Counted from the first letter of the whole stretch, positions 13,013 to 25,540 are shown. The stretch is 63,926 nt of DNA, filler included, from Lama guanicoe (GCA_013239625.1; 192 parts of 192 records of this genome joined end to end with filler, not necessarily neighbours in it), one strand, 5' to 3'. Numbers and translations are program-made. Notes: a model not told the origin generated them from the letters alone.

Positions 13013-13986
13013 GTGAAGTGATCAGAAGGACAAGAGGTGTTCTTAGTCCAACCCGGCAGGGGGAAGAGCTTGAGTGCAGACTGTGGCTGGGAGGCAAGGC
13101 CAGCGCAGAGGGCACGCTGACCAGCGCATGTCACCACAAGGACACCCAAACAGAAGGGCTCAAAACCTGCATCTCCCTCTCCCGCAGGAAGGCCCTGCAG
13201 CCCCGTGGGGCCAGGGAAGCNNNNNNNNNNNNNNNNNNNNNNNNNNNNNNNNNNNNNNNNNNNNTTAATTAATTAANNNNNNNNNNNNNNNNNNNNNNNN
13301 NNNNNNNNNNNNNNNNNNNNCCTTGCTCACTTACCCTTTTCACTGCGCCCCACCCCCAGATGCTGCAACAGAGGCTGGGGCTGCTGTCCCCCTCCCCACT
13401 GGCGCACCGGGGGAGCCGGCACTGTCCTCTGCACGGTCTTCCTGTCACTCCAGCCCCTCTACTTAAATAACCGCAGTAAATACTGCTCAGGGCTCTGGCC
13501 CTCACAGGGTGAGCCAGAGGCTTCACCAGAACGGTGGGCACACACCGTGTGGCNNNNNNNNNNNNNNNNNNNNNNNNNNNNNNNNNNNNNNNNNNNNTTA
13601 ATTAATTAANNNNNNNNNNNNNNNNNNNNNNNNNNNNNNNNNNNNNNNNNNNNTAAATTCTGTATTATTTAGTGCTTCTGAAATTTTACCACACACAAAA
13701 AAAGAGCCCGTCAATGGCCTTGAGATGCTCAGATAAAAACAAACACCAGAGACAACAACAAAAAGATCTTCAGCACAAGACTGTTCAAATTTAAAAATCA
13801 TAAATATCTGAGCATTCTACTACCTGAAATCATTTTCTTGGGGAGGGGGTAACTTTGGATCTATTAACCTCTGACATTAGGAAAAGNNNNNNNNNNNNNN
13901 NNNNNNNNNNNNNNNNNNNNNNNNNNNNNNTTAATTAATTAANNNNNNNNNNNNNNNNNNNNNNNNNNNNNNNNNNNNNNNNNNNN

Positions 13987-14219
13987 TCAGTCATACATGA
14001 ACATACATATATTTGTTTTCATATTCTTTTTCACCCTAAGTCACTACAATGTATGGAATATAGTTCCCTGTGTTATATAGTATGCACTAGTTATTTGTCT
14101 ATTTTATATATATTAGTGAGTATCTGCAAGTCTTGAACTCCCAATTTATCCCTTCTCACCCCCTGCCCTACCTGATAACCATAAGTTTGTTTTCTGTGTC
14201 TGTGAGTCTGTTTCTGTTT
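13987..14219 (-). mobile_element. LINE-1 3' UTR fragment
   Basis: Same family as 1666-1898. Confidence 0.9.
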
Positions 14220-14652
14220 NNNNNNNNNNNNNNNNNNNNNNNNNNNNNNNNNNNNNNNNNNNNTTAATTAATTAANNNNNNNNNNNNNNNNNNNNNNNNN
14301 NNNNNNNNNNNNNNNNNNNCACCAAGAGGAGGAATGACCAGAAGGAGTCTGTGTCCCTTTGGATTAAAACTTCTGCTCTCAGAGAATCACGCCAGTGAAG
14401 ATAAGAACCCTGACTCGAAGCTCACAAAGACCCTTTGACCATTCATCACTCGGGTACCTTGAGATACGATTCTCCACGAGGTCTGGGCCTGCGGGATTCC
14501 ATCTCCATCTCTGCATGTCCCAGTTTTATCAAGAAACCAGCTGAGTTATGTTNNNNNNNNNNNNNNNNNNNNNNNNNNNNNNNNNNNNNNNNNNNNTTAA
14601 TTAATTAANNNNNNNNNNNNNNNNNNNNNNNNNNNNNNNNNNNNNNNNNNNN

Positions 14653-14885
14653 CGCAGGAACCCTCTGTGCCCTTTTAACTTAGTTCTGTCGGTCAAGGGC
14701 TCAGAGGCTCCCCCTCCTTCGCGCTGGCCACTCTGTCAGAGAGGGGAGACCCAGCGCTGGTCCTCCTTTGCCGCTCCCTCCCCACAGGACCGGTCCCACA
14801 TTGTTTTGCCTTTCCGTCTTCCTTTTTTTCCTTTCTCTTACCAGATTTTTGGCGTCTTTGTCTTTTGAAGAGGACAGTGTTCTGT
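14653..14885 (-). mobile_element. Probable LINE-1 5' UTR fragment (antisense)
   Basis: GC-rich gccgctccctcccc..ccagatttttggcgtctttgtcttttgaagagg pattern typical of L1 5' UTR reverse strands. Confidence 0.55.
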
Positions 14886-15651
14886 NNNNNNNNNNNNNNN
14901 NNNNNNNNNNNNNNNNNNNNNNNNNNNNNTTAATTAATTAANNNNNNNNNNNNNNNNNNNNNNNNNNNNNNNNNNNNNNNNNNNNCCACTTCTATTCCTA
15001 TTAATAAGTGACTGGCAGTGGGCTGTCCTTTCCTGTCCCCAGGGATTGACAGGGAAATGCCCATTCCCTCTAGAGTAAACAGGTGAAAAATTTCTTCTCT
15101 TGCTACTAAGGGCAGAGATGGATCCAATATATTATTAAACTGAATACTGAGCATCTCATTTGGAAATATCTGCATTCTAGTTAATGCTCACAAAGCAGTT
15201 TCCCAGCAAACAATACATNNNNNNNNNNNNNNNNNNNNNNNNNNNNNNNNNNNNNNNNNNNNTTAATTAATTAANNNNNNNNNNNNNNNNNNNNNNNNNN
15301 NNNNNNNNNNNNNNNNNNCTTCGTGCCCATTTACAGTTAATCCATCTTCCAACCCTTGGACCTAGGCCACCACTGATCTACTATATCTCTCTCTATGTTC
15401 ATTGCCTGAATATTTCATATTCATGGAATCATTCAGTATTTGACTTTTTGTGTCTCGCTTTTCTCCTTAACATAAAGCTTCTGAAGATAATATTTCCATA
15501 GTATATATTAGTATTTAGCTCCTGTTTTGTTGAATAGTAATTCATTAGTTANNNNNNNNNNNNNNNNNNNNNNNNNNNNNNNNNNNNNNNNNNNNTTAAT
15601 TAATTAANNNNNNNNNNNNNNNNNNNNNNNNNNNNNNNNNNNNNNNNNNNN

Positions 15652-15797
15652 ACAAGTTCAGAATAACAGTAGCTGATATGGGGAAGTTTAATCATGGTGA
15701 ATCTAGTGCCACTGCAGGTACAGATTCAGTTACCATAACTCCTACCTTGTTCAGCCACCAAGAGATCCAAAGAGATGTGGGATGCACAACAGAAAAG
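15652..15797 (+). CDS. Candidate coding exon 3' part, gene not recognised
   Basis: Open frame KFRITVADMGKFNHGESSATAGTDSVTITPTLFSHQEIQRDVGCTTEK ending at donor aag|gtgaga. Confidence 0.35.
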
Positions 15798-17316
15798 GTG
15801 AGAACACTAGCACTTTGTGAATTCGTATCAGAAAGAAAGTTCTTCAATATGGATTCTTTTCCCCAAGTGTATTTTCCTTAATCTNNNNNNNNNNNNNNNN
15901 NNNNNNNNNNNNNNNNNNNNNNNNNNNNTTAATTAATTAANNNNNNNNNNNNNNNNNNNNNNNNNNNNNNNNNNNNNNNNNNNNGTCGCTTGCATAAGAC
16001 TTGCCAGGAAGCACTTCTCTCACTCTTAAATTCCGCTACAACAGTCTGTGGGAAATTTAGAAGGAAGTCACTTCTTACCCAGGCTTCGGATTTAAACAAG
16101 TATAGTTCTTAAATAAAGGATATTATAAAATGAACTGTATTTAAGAAAACGCCTGCTATGAACAAACACTTGGTTTTAGTCAAGCCAGGTAAGACCTGGC
16201 CAGACCTCTCCCTTTCCNNNNNNNNNNNNNNNNNNNNNNNNNNNNNNNNNNNNNNNNNNNNTTAATTAATTAANNNNNNNNNNNNNNNNNNNNNNNNNNN
16301 NNNNNNNNNNNNNNNNNTACCTCATTTATTTATATAATCTACACAAAAGTTGATAAAATTTTCAATTTTTATAATATATGTATTTTAGTAAACAAATTAG
16401 TATTTCTTGTCTTCATGTAGAGGCAGATAATTAAAATATAATTTCTTTTAAAATGCAGTGATGGTATGACTGTTTTACAAAGATAGGTAAGTGCTTGTAT
16501 CATTTAAAATAAAAGAAACAGATTTCTAATATCATCTTCCTTTTGATTTANNNNNNNNNNNNNNNNNNNNNNNNNNNNNNNNNNNNNNNNNNNNTTAATT
16601 AATTAANNNNNNNNNNNNNNNNNNNNNNNNNNNNNNNNNNNNNNNNNNNNGTTACCTTTCAAACAAGATCAGGATGATGCAGGAGGAGGACCTGAGAATG
16701 TCTGTCCCACTAGATCCCCAGGCATCTGGTACCTTCCAGGCCTCACAGGGCCCTGCTCCTGGAGCCCTCAGAGAGGGGCTGGGGACCTGACCTCAGATCA
16801 GCGTCCTGGAGGCCAGAGGCCGCCACGCGCCTGCCCTCACCTGGGATTGGGCTCTGTGAGTCCCGCAGCTCCCAGGCCTTTCCNNNNNNNNNNNNNNNNN
16901 NNNNNNNNNNNNNNNNNNNNNNNNNNNTTAATTAATTAANNNNNNNNNNNNNNNNNNNNNNNNNNNNNNNNNNNNNNNNNNNNTTTATGAGGAGCCACAA
17001 GGCAGAGGAAGTAATCATGAGTGCTTCCCACCTGAAAGCAATAAAAGTACTTTTAGTAACCTTTCCCCAGTGAGAACCATGAGACTTCAGGGAAGTTAAA
17101 ATCACCCTTCATTAGAAAAACGCCTATCTTTCCCTTGATAATACTCTCATTGCTACAATTTCCATGCAGCTTTATTAAATGCTATATTTAGATACACCAG
17201 ACATCATTTAAAAAAANNNNNNNNNNNNNNNNNNNNNNNNNNNNNNNNNNNNNNNNNNNNTTAATTAATTAANNNNNNNNNNNNNNNNNNNNNNNNNNNN
17301 NNNNNNNNNNNNNNNN

Positions 17317-17376
17317 ATCAGCCTGAAGTCGCCGTTCTCCAGCAGGGTACCATGTGGCATGCTGATGTCTGCAATC
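17317..17376 (-). CDS. Candidate exon 5' part, gene not recognised
   Basis: Acceptor cctgcttttag|g; possible frame IADISMPHGTLLENGDFRL. Confidence 0.3.
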
Positions 17377-17649
17377 CTAAAAGCAGGTGACTCTGTAGGA
17401 CTCCACAAATGCCTTTGCTGCTGCTGCCCATGCCTCTGATGCCACAACAGATCCCGAGGCTCAGGGTCCTAGGGTAAAAATACCTAAGTTACGACCCTGG
17501 CACAACCAAGGATTAATTCAACCATTGTGACAGAGGAGGCCCCTGACGCNNNNNNNNNNNNNNNNNNNNNNNNNNNNNNNNNNNNNNNNNNNNTTAATTA
17601 ATTAANNNNNNNNNNNNNNNNNNNNNNNNNNNNNNNNNNNNNNNNNNNN

Positions 17650-17882
17650 AGCCTGAGGCGACTGAGGCGTTTGAGACGGCCGTAGCTGCTCCTTGCGCTC
17701 CAGGCGAGGCGCTGCGCGCGGCGCGGTCCCGCCCCCTCTGCGCCGCTGACCAGTCCCGGGCCTAGCTCCGCCGCTGGCCCCGCCCCCGACCAGGAGCAGG
17801 GCCTCGCCGAAGCGGGCGCCGCGGGCCAATCCGATGGCGGAACGGCGACGGGCTCGGCCAATCGGAGCTCGGCAACCTCTGC
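17650..17882. promoter_or_regulatory. CpG-island promoter fragment with GC boxes and tandem CCAAT boxes
   Basis: Very CpG-rich; cccgcccc at ~17728 and ~17779; ggCCAATc at 17826-17830 and 17858-17862. Confidence 0.8.
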
Positions 17883-18315
17883 NNNNNNNNNNNNNNNNNN
17901 NNNNNNNNNNNNNNNNNNNNNNNNNNTTAATTAATTAANNNNNNNNNNNNNNNNNNNNNNNNNNNNNNNNNNNNNNNNNNNNGTTCCAAGCATGGGTAGG
18001 CGAGTTCTCCATGATGGCAGCTGAAGGTACCCCTAACCGATAAGCCTGCCACTGGAGACGTCTTCCCAGCTGCCCACGGATGTCATCCCTGTGCAGGGGT
18101 GGTGTCCCCGCCCACATGTGAGACTGGCCGGAGCGTGTAACCTGCGGACAGTGTAGCAAGAGACGCCGGGGATGCAGCAAGAAACGGCAGCTGGAATTTG
18201 AACTGAGACCTGGGTNNNNNNNNNNNNNNNNNNNNNNNNNNNNNNNNNNNNNNNNNNNNTTAATTAATTAANNNNNNNNNNNNNNNNNNNNNNNNNNNNN
18301 NNNNNNNNNNNNNNN

Positions 18316-18548
18316 GGAAATAAAGGTGTATAGACAGAGAAGGATGAAATAAAAGTCTTTGTTCCTAGATAATATAATTATTTATGTAGAAAATACAAAA
18401 GAATCAGCCAAATAGCTGTAATAAGCAGTTACAGCAAGGCTGCAAAATACAAGGTTAATATACAAAAGTCAATTGCTTTTTTATGTACCAGCAGTGAGCA
18501 AGTGAAATTTAAAAATACAATGCCCTTATATTAGCACACACCCCCACA
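18316..18548 (+). mobile_element. Old LINE-1 ORF2 fragment
   Basis: EIKG..YVENTKES..SKAAKYKVNIQKSIAFL. Confidence 0.8.
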
Positions 18549-18648
18549 NNNNNNNNNNNNNNNNNNNNNNNNNNNNNNNNNNNNNNNNNNNNTTAATTAA
18601 TTAANNNNNNNNNNNNNNNNNNNNNNNNNNNNNNNNNNNNNNNNNNNN

Positions 18649-18881
18649 CTGATTTTTCATTGTTAGTATAAAGAAATGCAACTGATTTCTGTATGTTGAT
18701 CTGTATCCTGCTACTTTGCTGAATTCTTTTATCAGCTCTAGTAGTTTTTGTGTAGAGCCTTTAGGGTTTTCCATATATAATATCATGTCATCCACATGTA
18801 GTGACACTTTTACCTATCCTTTTCCAATTTGAATCCCTTTTATTTCTTTTTCTTGCCTGATTGCTATGGCTAGGACTTCCA
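18649..18881 (-). mobile_element. LINE-1 ORF2 RT fragment
   Basis: [31 protein letters not shown]. Confidence 0.95.
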
Positions 18882-18981
18882 NNNNNNNNNNNNNNNNNNN
18901 NNNNNNNNNNNNNNNNNNNNNNNNNTTAATTAATTAANNNNNNNNNNNNNNNNNNNNNNNNNNNNNNNNNNNNNNNNNNNN

Positions 18982-19214
18982 CCAGTAAACAAAGGATGTC
19001 GCAGCCATCAAGCCATCAGCCACTCCCACCACCCCCGAGGGTGAGGCAGAGGGAACTCAGGATGGAGACAAGCAGGCCACGTGCTGTCATGCTCTCGGCC
19101 ACTGCAGCGGCCCACAAGGTGCTCCCTCAGGAAATGCAGGATGGGAAGCTCAGGACACTAGTCCTGGATGGCTAAGGTGCACATCAAAGGGATGGTTTCA
19201 ATGAGCCCAGACTC
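18982..19214 (+). mobile_element. Probable ERV LTR fragment with internal duplicated unit
   Basis: Two related units (gccact..ccc..gagggtg..gaggga.ctcaggatgg); resembles laurasiatherian ERV1 LTRs. Confidence 0.45.
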
Positions 19215-19979
19215 NNNNNNNNNNNNNNNNNNNNNNNNNNNNNNNNNNNNNNNNNNNNTTAATTAATTAANNNNNNNNNNNNNNNNNNNNNNNNNNNNNN
19301 NNNNNNNNNNNNNNTGTATGTGTGCATACATGTCTCTGCATGGAATTTGTTTTCATTTCTCTTATGCAGACTTCTAGAAATCGCCGCATGATGTGGTGAG
19401 TTTGTTTAACCTTTTGGGAACCTGATGACCTCTTGAAAAGAACTATAAAATTTTATCTTCCAACTACCAACGTATGGCGAGTTCCAGTTTCTCCATACCT
19501 TGCACAGTGCTGCTTACAGTCTTGTCTTTTTGACACAGTTATTCTACNNNNNNNNNNNNNNNNNNNNNNNNNNNNNNNNNNNNNNNNNNNNTTAATTAAT
19601 TAANNNNNNNNNNNNNNNNNNNNNNNNNNNNNNNNNNNNNNNNNNNNTTATTTCTCAGAATTCCCCCTAACAGGGAACACCTGTGACTGAAGAGACTGCG
19701 TGGAGTTGTCTCTCGAACTCCCCCACACACTGACAATTGGTCCAGAATCCTGAGCGTGTGGAGGTTACAGCAACGTTCGGCAGCGCGTGGGTTCTCTCGG
19801 TATGCCTAATCTCGACTCCCCTGGGTTTTCTCCTAATGTATCTGTGCCAGGGAATGCTAGGGGGGTTTGCAGGAAATCCNNNNNNNNNNNNNNNNNNNNN
19901 NNNNNNNNNNNNNNNNNNNNNNNTTAATTAATTAANNNNNNNNNNNNNNNNNNNNNNNNNNNNNNNNNNNNNNNNNNNN

Positions 19980-20122
19980 GTGGAGCCTAAAAGTAACATT
20001 TCTCTCCAGGATGGAGTCTATCTGTCTAGCAGCTATGCCTTTCACTATAATTTCTGTATCTGCTTTATCCACTTGTTCACAAATATTTCTGAGAAGTGCA
20101 ATATCAGATATTTTCCCAGTCA
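19980..20122 (-). CDS. Candidate coding exon 5' part, gene not recognised
   Basis: Strong acceptor ttcttactttttttgtcatttcag|; open frame TGKISDIALLRNICEQVDKADTEIIVKGIAARQIDSILERNVTFRLH. Confidence 0.4.
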
Positions 20123-20159
20123 CTGAAATGACAAAAAAAGTAAGAAACAAGAAACAGTA

Positions 20160-20212
20160 GGAGAGAGGGGCCAAGATGGTGGAGTAGAAGGATGCTCGTA
20201 GCTCACCCTCTC
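20160..20212 (+). mobile_element. LINE-1 extreme 5' end
   Basis: ggagagaggggcCAAGATGGtggagtagaaggatgct; YY1-type aagatgg start typical of an L1 5' UTR. Confidence 0.7.
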
Positions 20213-20327
20213 NNNNNNNNNNNNNNNNNNNNNNNNNNNNNNNNNNNNNNNNNNNNTTAATTAATTAANNNNNNNNNNNNNNNNNNNNNNNNNNNNNNNN
20301 NNNNNNNNNNNNCCCTTAAAAATCATA

Positions 20328-20545
20328 CAGTCAGCCCTCCAGATCTCTGGATTCTGTGTCCATAGATTCAGTCAACCATGGATGGAAATTCACTTTTTTT
20401 TCAATTTTCAAGAAGTTCCAAACAGCAAAACCTGAAGTTGCCATGCTGGCAACAATTCATATAGCGTTCACACTGTATTTACAACTGTTTTCATAGCGTT
20501 TGCATTGTATTGGTTATTATGAGGAATCTAGAGTTGATTTAAAGC
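20328..20545. mobile_element. TcMar-Tigger family DNA transposon fragment
   Basis: ta|cagtcagccctcc..tggattctgtgtccatagattcagtcaaccatgg terminus after a TA target. Confidence 0.7.
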
Positions 20546-20645
20546 NNNNNNNNNNNNNNNNNNNNNNNNNNNNNNNNNNNNNNNNNNNNTTAATTAATTA
20601 ANNNNNNNNNNNNNNNNNNNNNNNNNNNNNNNNNNNNNNNNNNNN

Positions 20646-20870
20646 TGCCTCTCAGGGCTCCCGACACTGGAGGTGTGAGTCCAGCCAGACTGCAGCTCTG
20701 CCCCCCACCTGTCTCACTGCAGCTTTTCCTTTTCACCTGTAGGCGTGGGCGGTCCCTTCTGCTAGTCTTCAGATCCCTCTCAGAGACGGTTCCTCTATGC
20801 GTAGTTGTAATTTTGGTTTGTCCATGGGAGGAGGTGATCCCAGGGTCTTTCTACTGTTCCATCTTATCCC
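20646..20870 (-). mobile_element. LINE-1 5' UTR start (antisense)
   Basis: Ends ..tctttctactgttccatctt (reverse aagatgg..gtag), the L1 5' terminus pattern. Confidence 0.65.
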
Positions 20871-21644
20871 ATCAGTTANNNNNNNNNNNNNNNNNNNNNN
20901 NNNNNNNNNNNNNNNNNNNNNNTTAATTAATTAANNNNNNNNNNNNNNNNNNNNNNNNNNNNNNNNNNNNNNNNNNNNGATTACATACACCCTTTCAAAC
21001 ATTTCTGAATTTGTAATGGATGAAAAACATCTGCTAGTCTCTAAGTTCTACCAGTTGAATCAGACATTTCCAATAGCTAAGGCTTTTCATCCTAGAGTGC
21101 ATTAAAAAATATGACAGCATTTAATTACACATTCTCTAAAGTGAAAAAACAACCTGTACTTTTTTTATGACCATAATTTCTTCCACCATTTAAGCAAATT
21201 GTACTTTTTAGNNNNNNNNNNNNNNNNNNNNNNNNNNNNNNNNNNNNNNNNNNNNTTAATTAATTAANNNNNNNNNNNNNNNNNNNNNNNNNNNNNNNNN
21301 NNNNNNNNNNNAAGGTAGATACAAGTACTCTGACCCCAAATCATAGTAGACCTGTGTTTTTGTGCCCTTTAGAAATAAGAACAAAGCACTTAAGTTCTGT
21401 TATCTATTATGTGGAAGCACCTAAACCCATGAAAGTGAATAAGGATATATAGAGCTTATGCTCAAAATCTTTTGTTGGCACCTATGAAAAGCAATCTGTG
21501 GACCAAAGAGCCCTTGTGAACATGATGGAGAACCAAGTCTAGGANNNNNNNNNNNNNNNNNNNNNNNNNNNNNNNNNNNNNNNNNNNNTTAATTAATTAA
21601 NNNNNNNNNNNNNNNNNNNNNNNNNNNNNNNNNNNNNNNNNNNN

Positions 21645-21877
21645 GAGGCTCTGAGGTTGAATCCAGTCTCAACCTCTATCCCAGCTTCAGGTGGCCTCCA
21701 CCATCCTTGGTTTCCTTGGCTTGCCAAAGCGTCACTCCCATCTCTGCCTCTGTGTCCACATCACTTCTCCCCAGCAGGTCACTGTGTCTGTCTCGGGTAC
21801 CCTCCTCTTCTTCTTACAAGGGCACTGGTCACTGGATTTAGGGCCCATCCTAATCCAGTACAGCATCTTTCACTGTG
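21645..21877 (-). mobile_element. MaLR LTR (MLT1-like)
   Basis: ccttggtttccttggcttg..ccatctctgcctc..cttacaagggcact..ggatttagggccca.cctaatccag. Confidence 0.85.
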
Positions 21878-22315
21878 NNNNNNNNNNNNNNNNNNNNNNN
21901 NNNNNNNNNNNNNNNNNNNNNTTAATTAATTAANNNNNNNNNNNNNNNNNNNNNNNNNNNNNNNNNNNNNNNNNNNNTTATGTTATAAAAAATATACTGT
22001 TTTGAAGTCAGTTGAATATACAAAAATGCCAGTAATGCATCTTTAAGAACATTTAATGTTTAATTTTTTAAATAGCTATCTTGTTGTTAATTAACTTACC
22101 CTCAGTATTTTCTGTACTAAATATTCCTGAATATTGATAATAGTTAAAAATTCCTTACTAGCTTTGATCCTCAAACTCTGTACTGTTTACACAGAGTCTT
22201 TGGTGTACATNNNNNNNNNNNNNNNNNNNNNNNNNNNNNNNNNNNNNNNNNNNNTTAATTAATTAANNNNNNNNNNNNNNNNNNNNNNNNNNNNNNNNNN
22301 NNNNNNNNNNAAGTA

Positions 22316-22543
22316 CAGGCATACCTTGGAAACACTGCAGGCTCAATTCCAGACTACCGCAATGAAACCAATGTCACAACAAAGCAAGTCACAGGAGTTT
22401 TGTGGTTTCCTAGTGCATATAAAGGTATAGTTACAATATACTCTAGCCTGTTAAGTGCACAATAGCATTATGTCTAAAAACTATACATACCTTTATCAAA
22501 AAATACTTTATTGTTAAAAAATGCTAATCATCCACTGAGCTGA
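22316..22543 (-). mobile_element. Tigger1 DNA transposon terminus
   Basis: ta|caggcataccttgg..ttccagactaccgcaat..gcattatgtctaaaaa..aaaatactttattg. Confidence 0.9.
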
Positions 22544-22643
22544 NNNNNNNNNNNNNNNNNNNNNNNNNNNNNNNNNNNNNNNNNNNNTTAATTAATTAAN
22601 NNNNNNNNNNNNNNNNNNNNNNNNNNNNNNNNNNNNNNNNNNN

Positions 22644-22876
22644 CAAAATGGGATGCATCATGCTTACTGATTTCAAACTATACACAAAGCTGCAGCAATC
22701 AAAACAGCATGGGACTGGCACTGATAATAATAATAATAACAATAATAATAATAATAACAATAACAATAATAACAATTAATAATAATAATAATAATAAAAA
22801 AACAAAAAGACACATAGCTTAGTAGAGTAAAAGAAGAGAGCCCAGAAATAAACCCACATTTACATGGGCAATTTAT
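22644..22876 (+). mobile_element. LINE-1 ORF2 fragment interrupted by an (AAT/AAC)n microsatellite (~22724-22797)
   Basis: aaacagcatgggactggca[aat]n..agacacatag..gagcccagaaataaacccaca. Confidence 0.88.
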
Positions 22877-24308
22877 NNNNNNNNNNNNNNNNNNNNNNNN
22901 NNNNNNNNNNNNNNNNNNNNTTAATTAATTAANNNNNNNNNNNNNNNNNNNNNNNNNNNNNNNNNNNNNNNNNNNNGTCGATTCTATCAGGCATTCGTCC
23001 CCCTTCATAGTCATTCTATGTGTTTAAAAAAAAAGTATGTCTACCTCAAGAACTATGTTTAAAGAAAAGTTGTTCCAATTTTATTAACTGTCTAATAAGA
23101 GCTTCAAATAGGAGAATGTGATTTATGTTAAGCTTGTTGAAATATTGGAATGAGCTCTTGGATCCCATTACTCTAAGGAAGCACTTCTATATAACCTAGT
23201 TCTCCAGGGNNNNNNNNNNNNNNNNNNNNNNNNNNNNNNNNNNNNNNNNNNNNTTAATTAATTAANNNNNNNNNNNNNNNNNNNNNNNNNNNNNNNNNNN
23301 NNNNNNNNNGCGCCTCCCCAGGAGAGAGCCCACTTCTTGGTCTGACTCCACTGTGCTCACCTCCCAGGAGCAGGATAAACTGGAGACAGGCGTCCTGTGA
23401 ACCTGGGGCAGCAAAGGTTGCCCCTGTGCCAGGCTGCAAGGGGGATGGGAACAAACTGACCGGCCGGCCAGGGGCAGCCCCCTCAGGGCAACATGCCCTG
23501 ACTCCGGTGGTTAGGCCGTCAGGCAACCTGTGTCTTTCGACCNNNNNNNNNNNNNNNNNNNNNNNNNNNNNNNNNNNNNNNNNNNNTTAATTAATTAANN
23601 NNNNNNNNNNNNNNNNNNNNNNNNNNNNNNNNNNNNNNNNNNCAATAATGGGGGCAGCATCCAGAGGCTAGCAGGGTCAGAATTTGTGGAGACAGGGTGA
23701 GAAAGAACTTAGTGACCGGGTCCTGATTTGCCAGATGCGCCTGGTGGTGGCTGGGCCTCCCACTGAAGAGGTTTGGTGTCCATTGGGGTGGGTGTGGTAT
23801 GAGCTGCATGACATTATCTCCACCCGCCTCTCTCATCCCTGGTTCCACCAGTCCCCAGGGCAGTTTGTGGGCCAGNNNNNNNNNNNNNNNNNNNNNNNNN
23901 NNNNNNNNNNNNNNNNNNNTTAATTAATTAANNNNNNNNNNNNNNNNNNNNNNNNNNNNNNNNNNNNNNNNNNNNACTGCCTGAGAAAGTTTCCTTTGGG
24001 AAACAGTCTCCTGGGATTTTTCCAGTTTTATTATATGCTAGCAGGTCCACTTCCCTGAGCTTTTTCATGTCTTTCTGTTCAGTTCCCAAGGTGGTCCTCC
24101 CATCTCTGCTTCATTTGATGTGTGGCCTAATTTTTTTTTGTTACAACAGCTATATTGATATATAATTCACATATCTCATCCACCCATTGGAAAGAGTTGA
24201 TTTTAGCANNNNNNNNNNNNNNNNNNNNNNNNNNNNNNNNNNNNNNNNNNNNTTAATTAATTAANNNNNNNNNNNNNNNNNNNNNNNNNNNNNNNNNNNN
24301 NNNNNNNN

Positions 24309-24445
24309 TTTTCAGTTTTTTAAGGAATCTCCATATTGTTTTCCATAATGGCTGCACTAAACAGCATTCCCACCAACAGTGTAGGAGGGTTCCCTTTTCT
24401 TCACGCCCTTTCTGGCATTTATTGTTTGTGGACTTTTTAATGATA
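24309..24445 (-). mobile_element. LINE-1 3' fragment
   Basis: aggaatctccatattgttttccataatggctgcac..cattcccaccaacagtgtaggagggttcc. Confidence 0.9.
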
Positions 24446-25307
24446 GATTTCTTGTTCTTAAAGACATCCCACCTCTGGTCTCTGCCTCAGTGGGGCCACA
24501 GGGGTCCCTTCACCCATCTTCATCTTGGCCTCTCTACCTAANNNNNNNNNNNNNNNNNNNNNNNNNNNNNNNNNNNNNNNNNNNNTTAATTAATTAANNN
24601 NNNNNNNNNNNNNNNNNNNNNNNNNNNNNNNNNNNNNNNNNAATTTGCATTTTAACTACAGATTATATTTTTGCCTACACATGTTCAGGCCAGTAGAACA
24701 AATCTGAAACGTTGAGAATCGGGTTCCCTATTTATTTTGTATGTTTTACTTACGGGAAAATAGACCGTGTGTTTTGCTTTTTATCTGCCATACTGGCTTC
24801 TTTCTACACTCTTCCCAAAATAGGGGAAGCTACATAATCTTTCTACCACCAAGTCTTGGCTCATGCTTTTCCCANNNNNNNNNNNNNNNNNNNNNNNNNN
24901 NNNNNNNNNNNNNNNNNNTTAATTAATTAANNNNNNNNNNNNNNNNNNNNNNNNNNNNNNNNNNNNNNNNNNNNAACTTCATTTAGTAGGCCATCTCTTA
25001 TCCAGCCGGCTGTGCCTGTCTTAAGTTGTCCTTCTCCAAGGATCTTACCCAGCACAGGATATCCAGCCATCCACACTGGATACATTGAATAGGCCATTTC
25101 CTTTCTTGCCTGGATATGTGGCATTCCTCACAGCTTGATTATCAGTTCAGCCCATGGTCTTATTCTCTAGAGCCTTCAGACAGGGGCATACAAACCCAAC
25201 ATCCATTNNNNNNNNNNNNNNNNNNNNNNNNNNNNNNNNNNNNNNNNNNNNTTAATTAATTAANNNNNNNNNNNNNNNNNNNNNNNNNNNNNNNNNNNNN
25301 NNNNNNN

Positions 25308-25540
25308 AATCCCCTCCCAAGCTCATTTCATGTTGTCGGCAGAATTCAGTTCGTTGTGGCTGTAGGACCGAGATCCGCTTCCTTGATCTGTCAGCTGGGC
25401 GGCTGCCCTCTGTTCCTAGAGCCACTCACGTTCTTGGTCATGTGTCTCTCTCCATCTTCAAACGAGCAGCTGCACTCTGAACTCTGGCGTAGGTCTCTGA
25501 CCAACAAGATTAGGTCAGGCCCACCCAGATAAACTTTCTT
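25308..25540 (-). mobile_element. MaLR LTR (MLT1-like)
   Basis: ccaagctcatt..gttgtcggcagaattcagttc..gctgtaggac..ctccatcttcaaa. Confidence 0.75.

Noticed and set aside
23643..23875. Possible ERVL/MaLR internal coding fragment
   Set aside because: Both strands are open but no diagnostic motif could be aligned with confidence.
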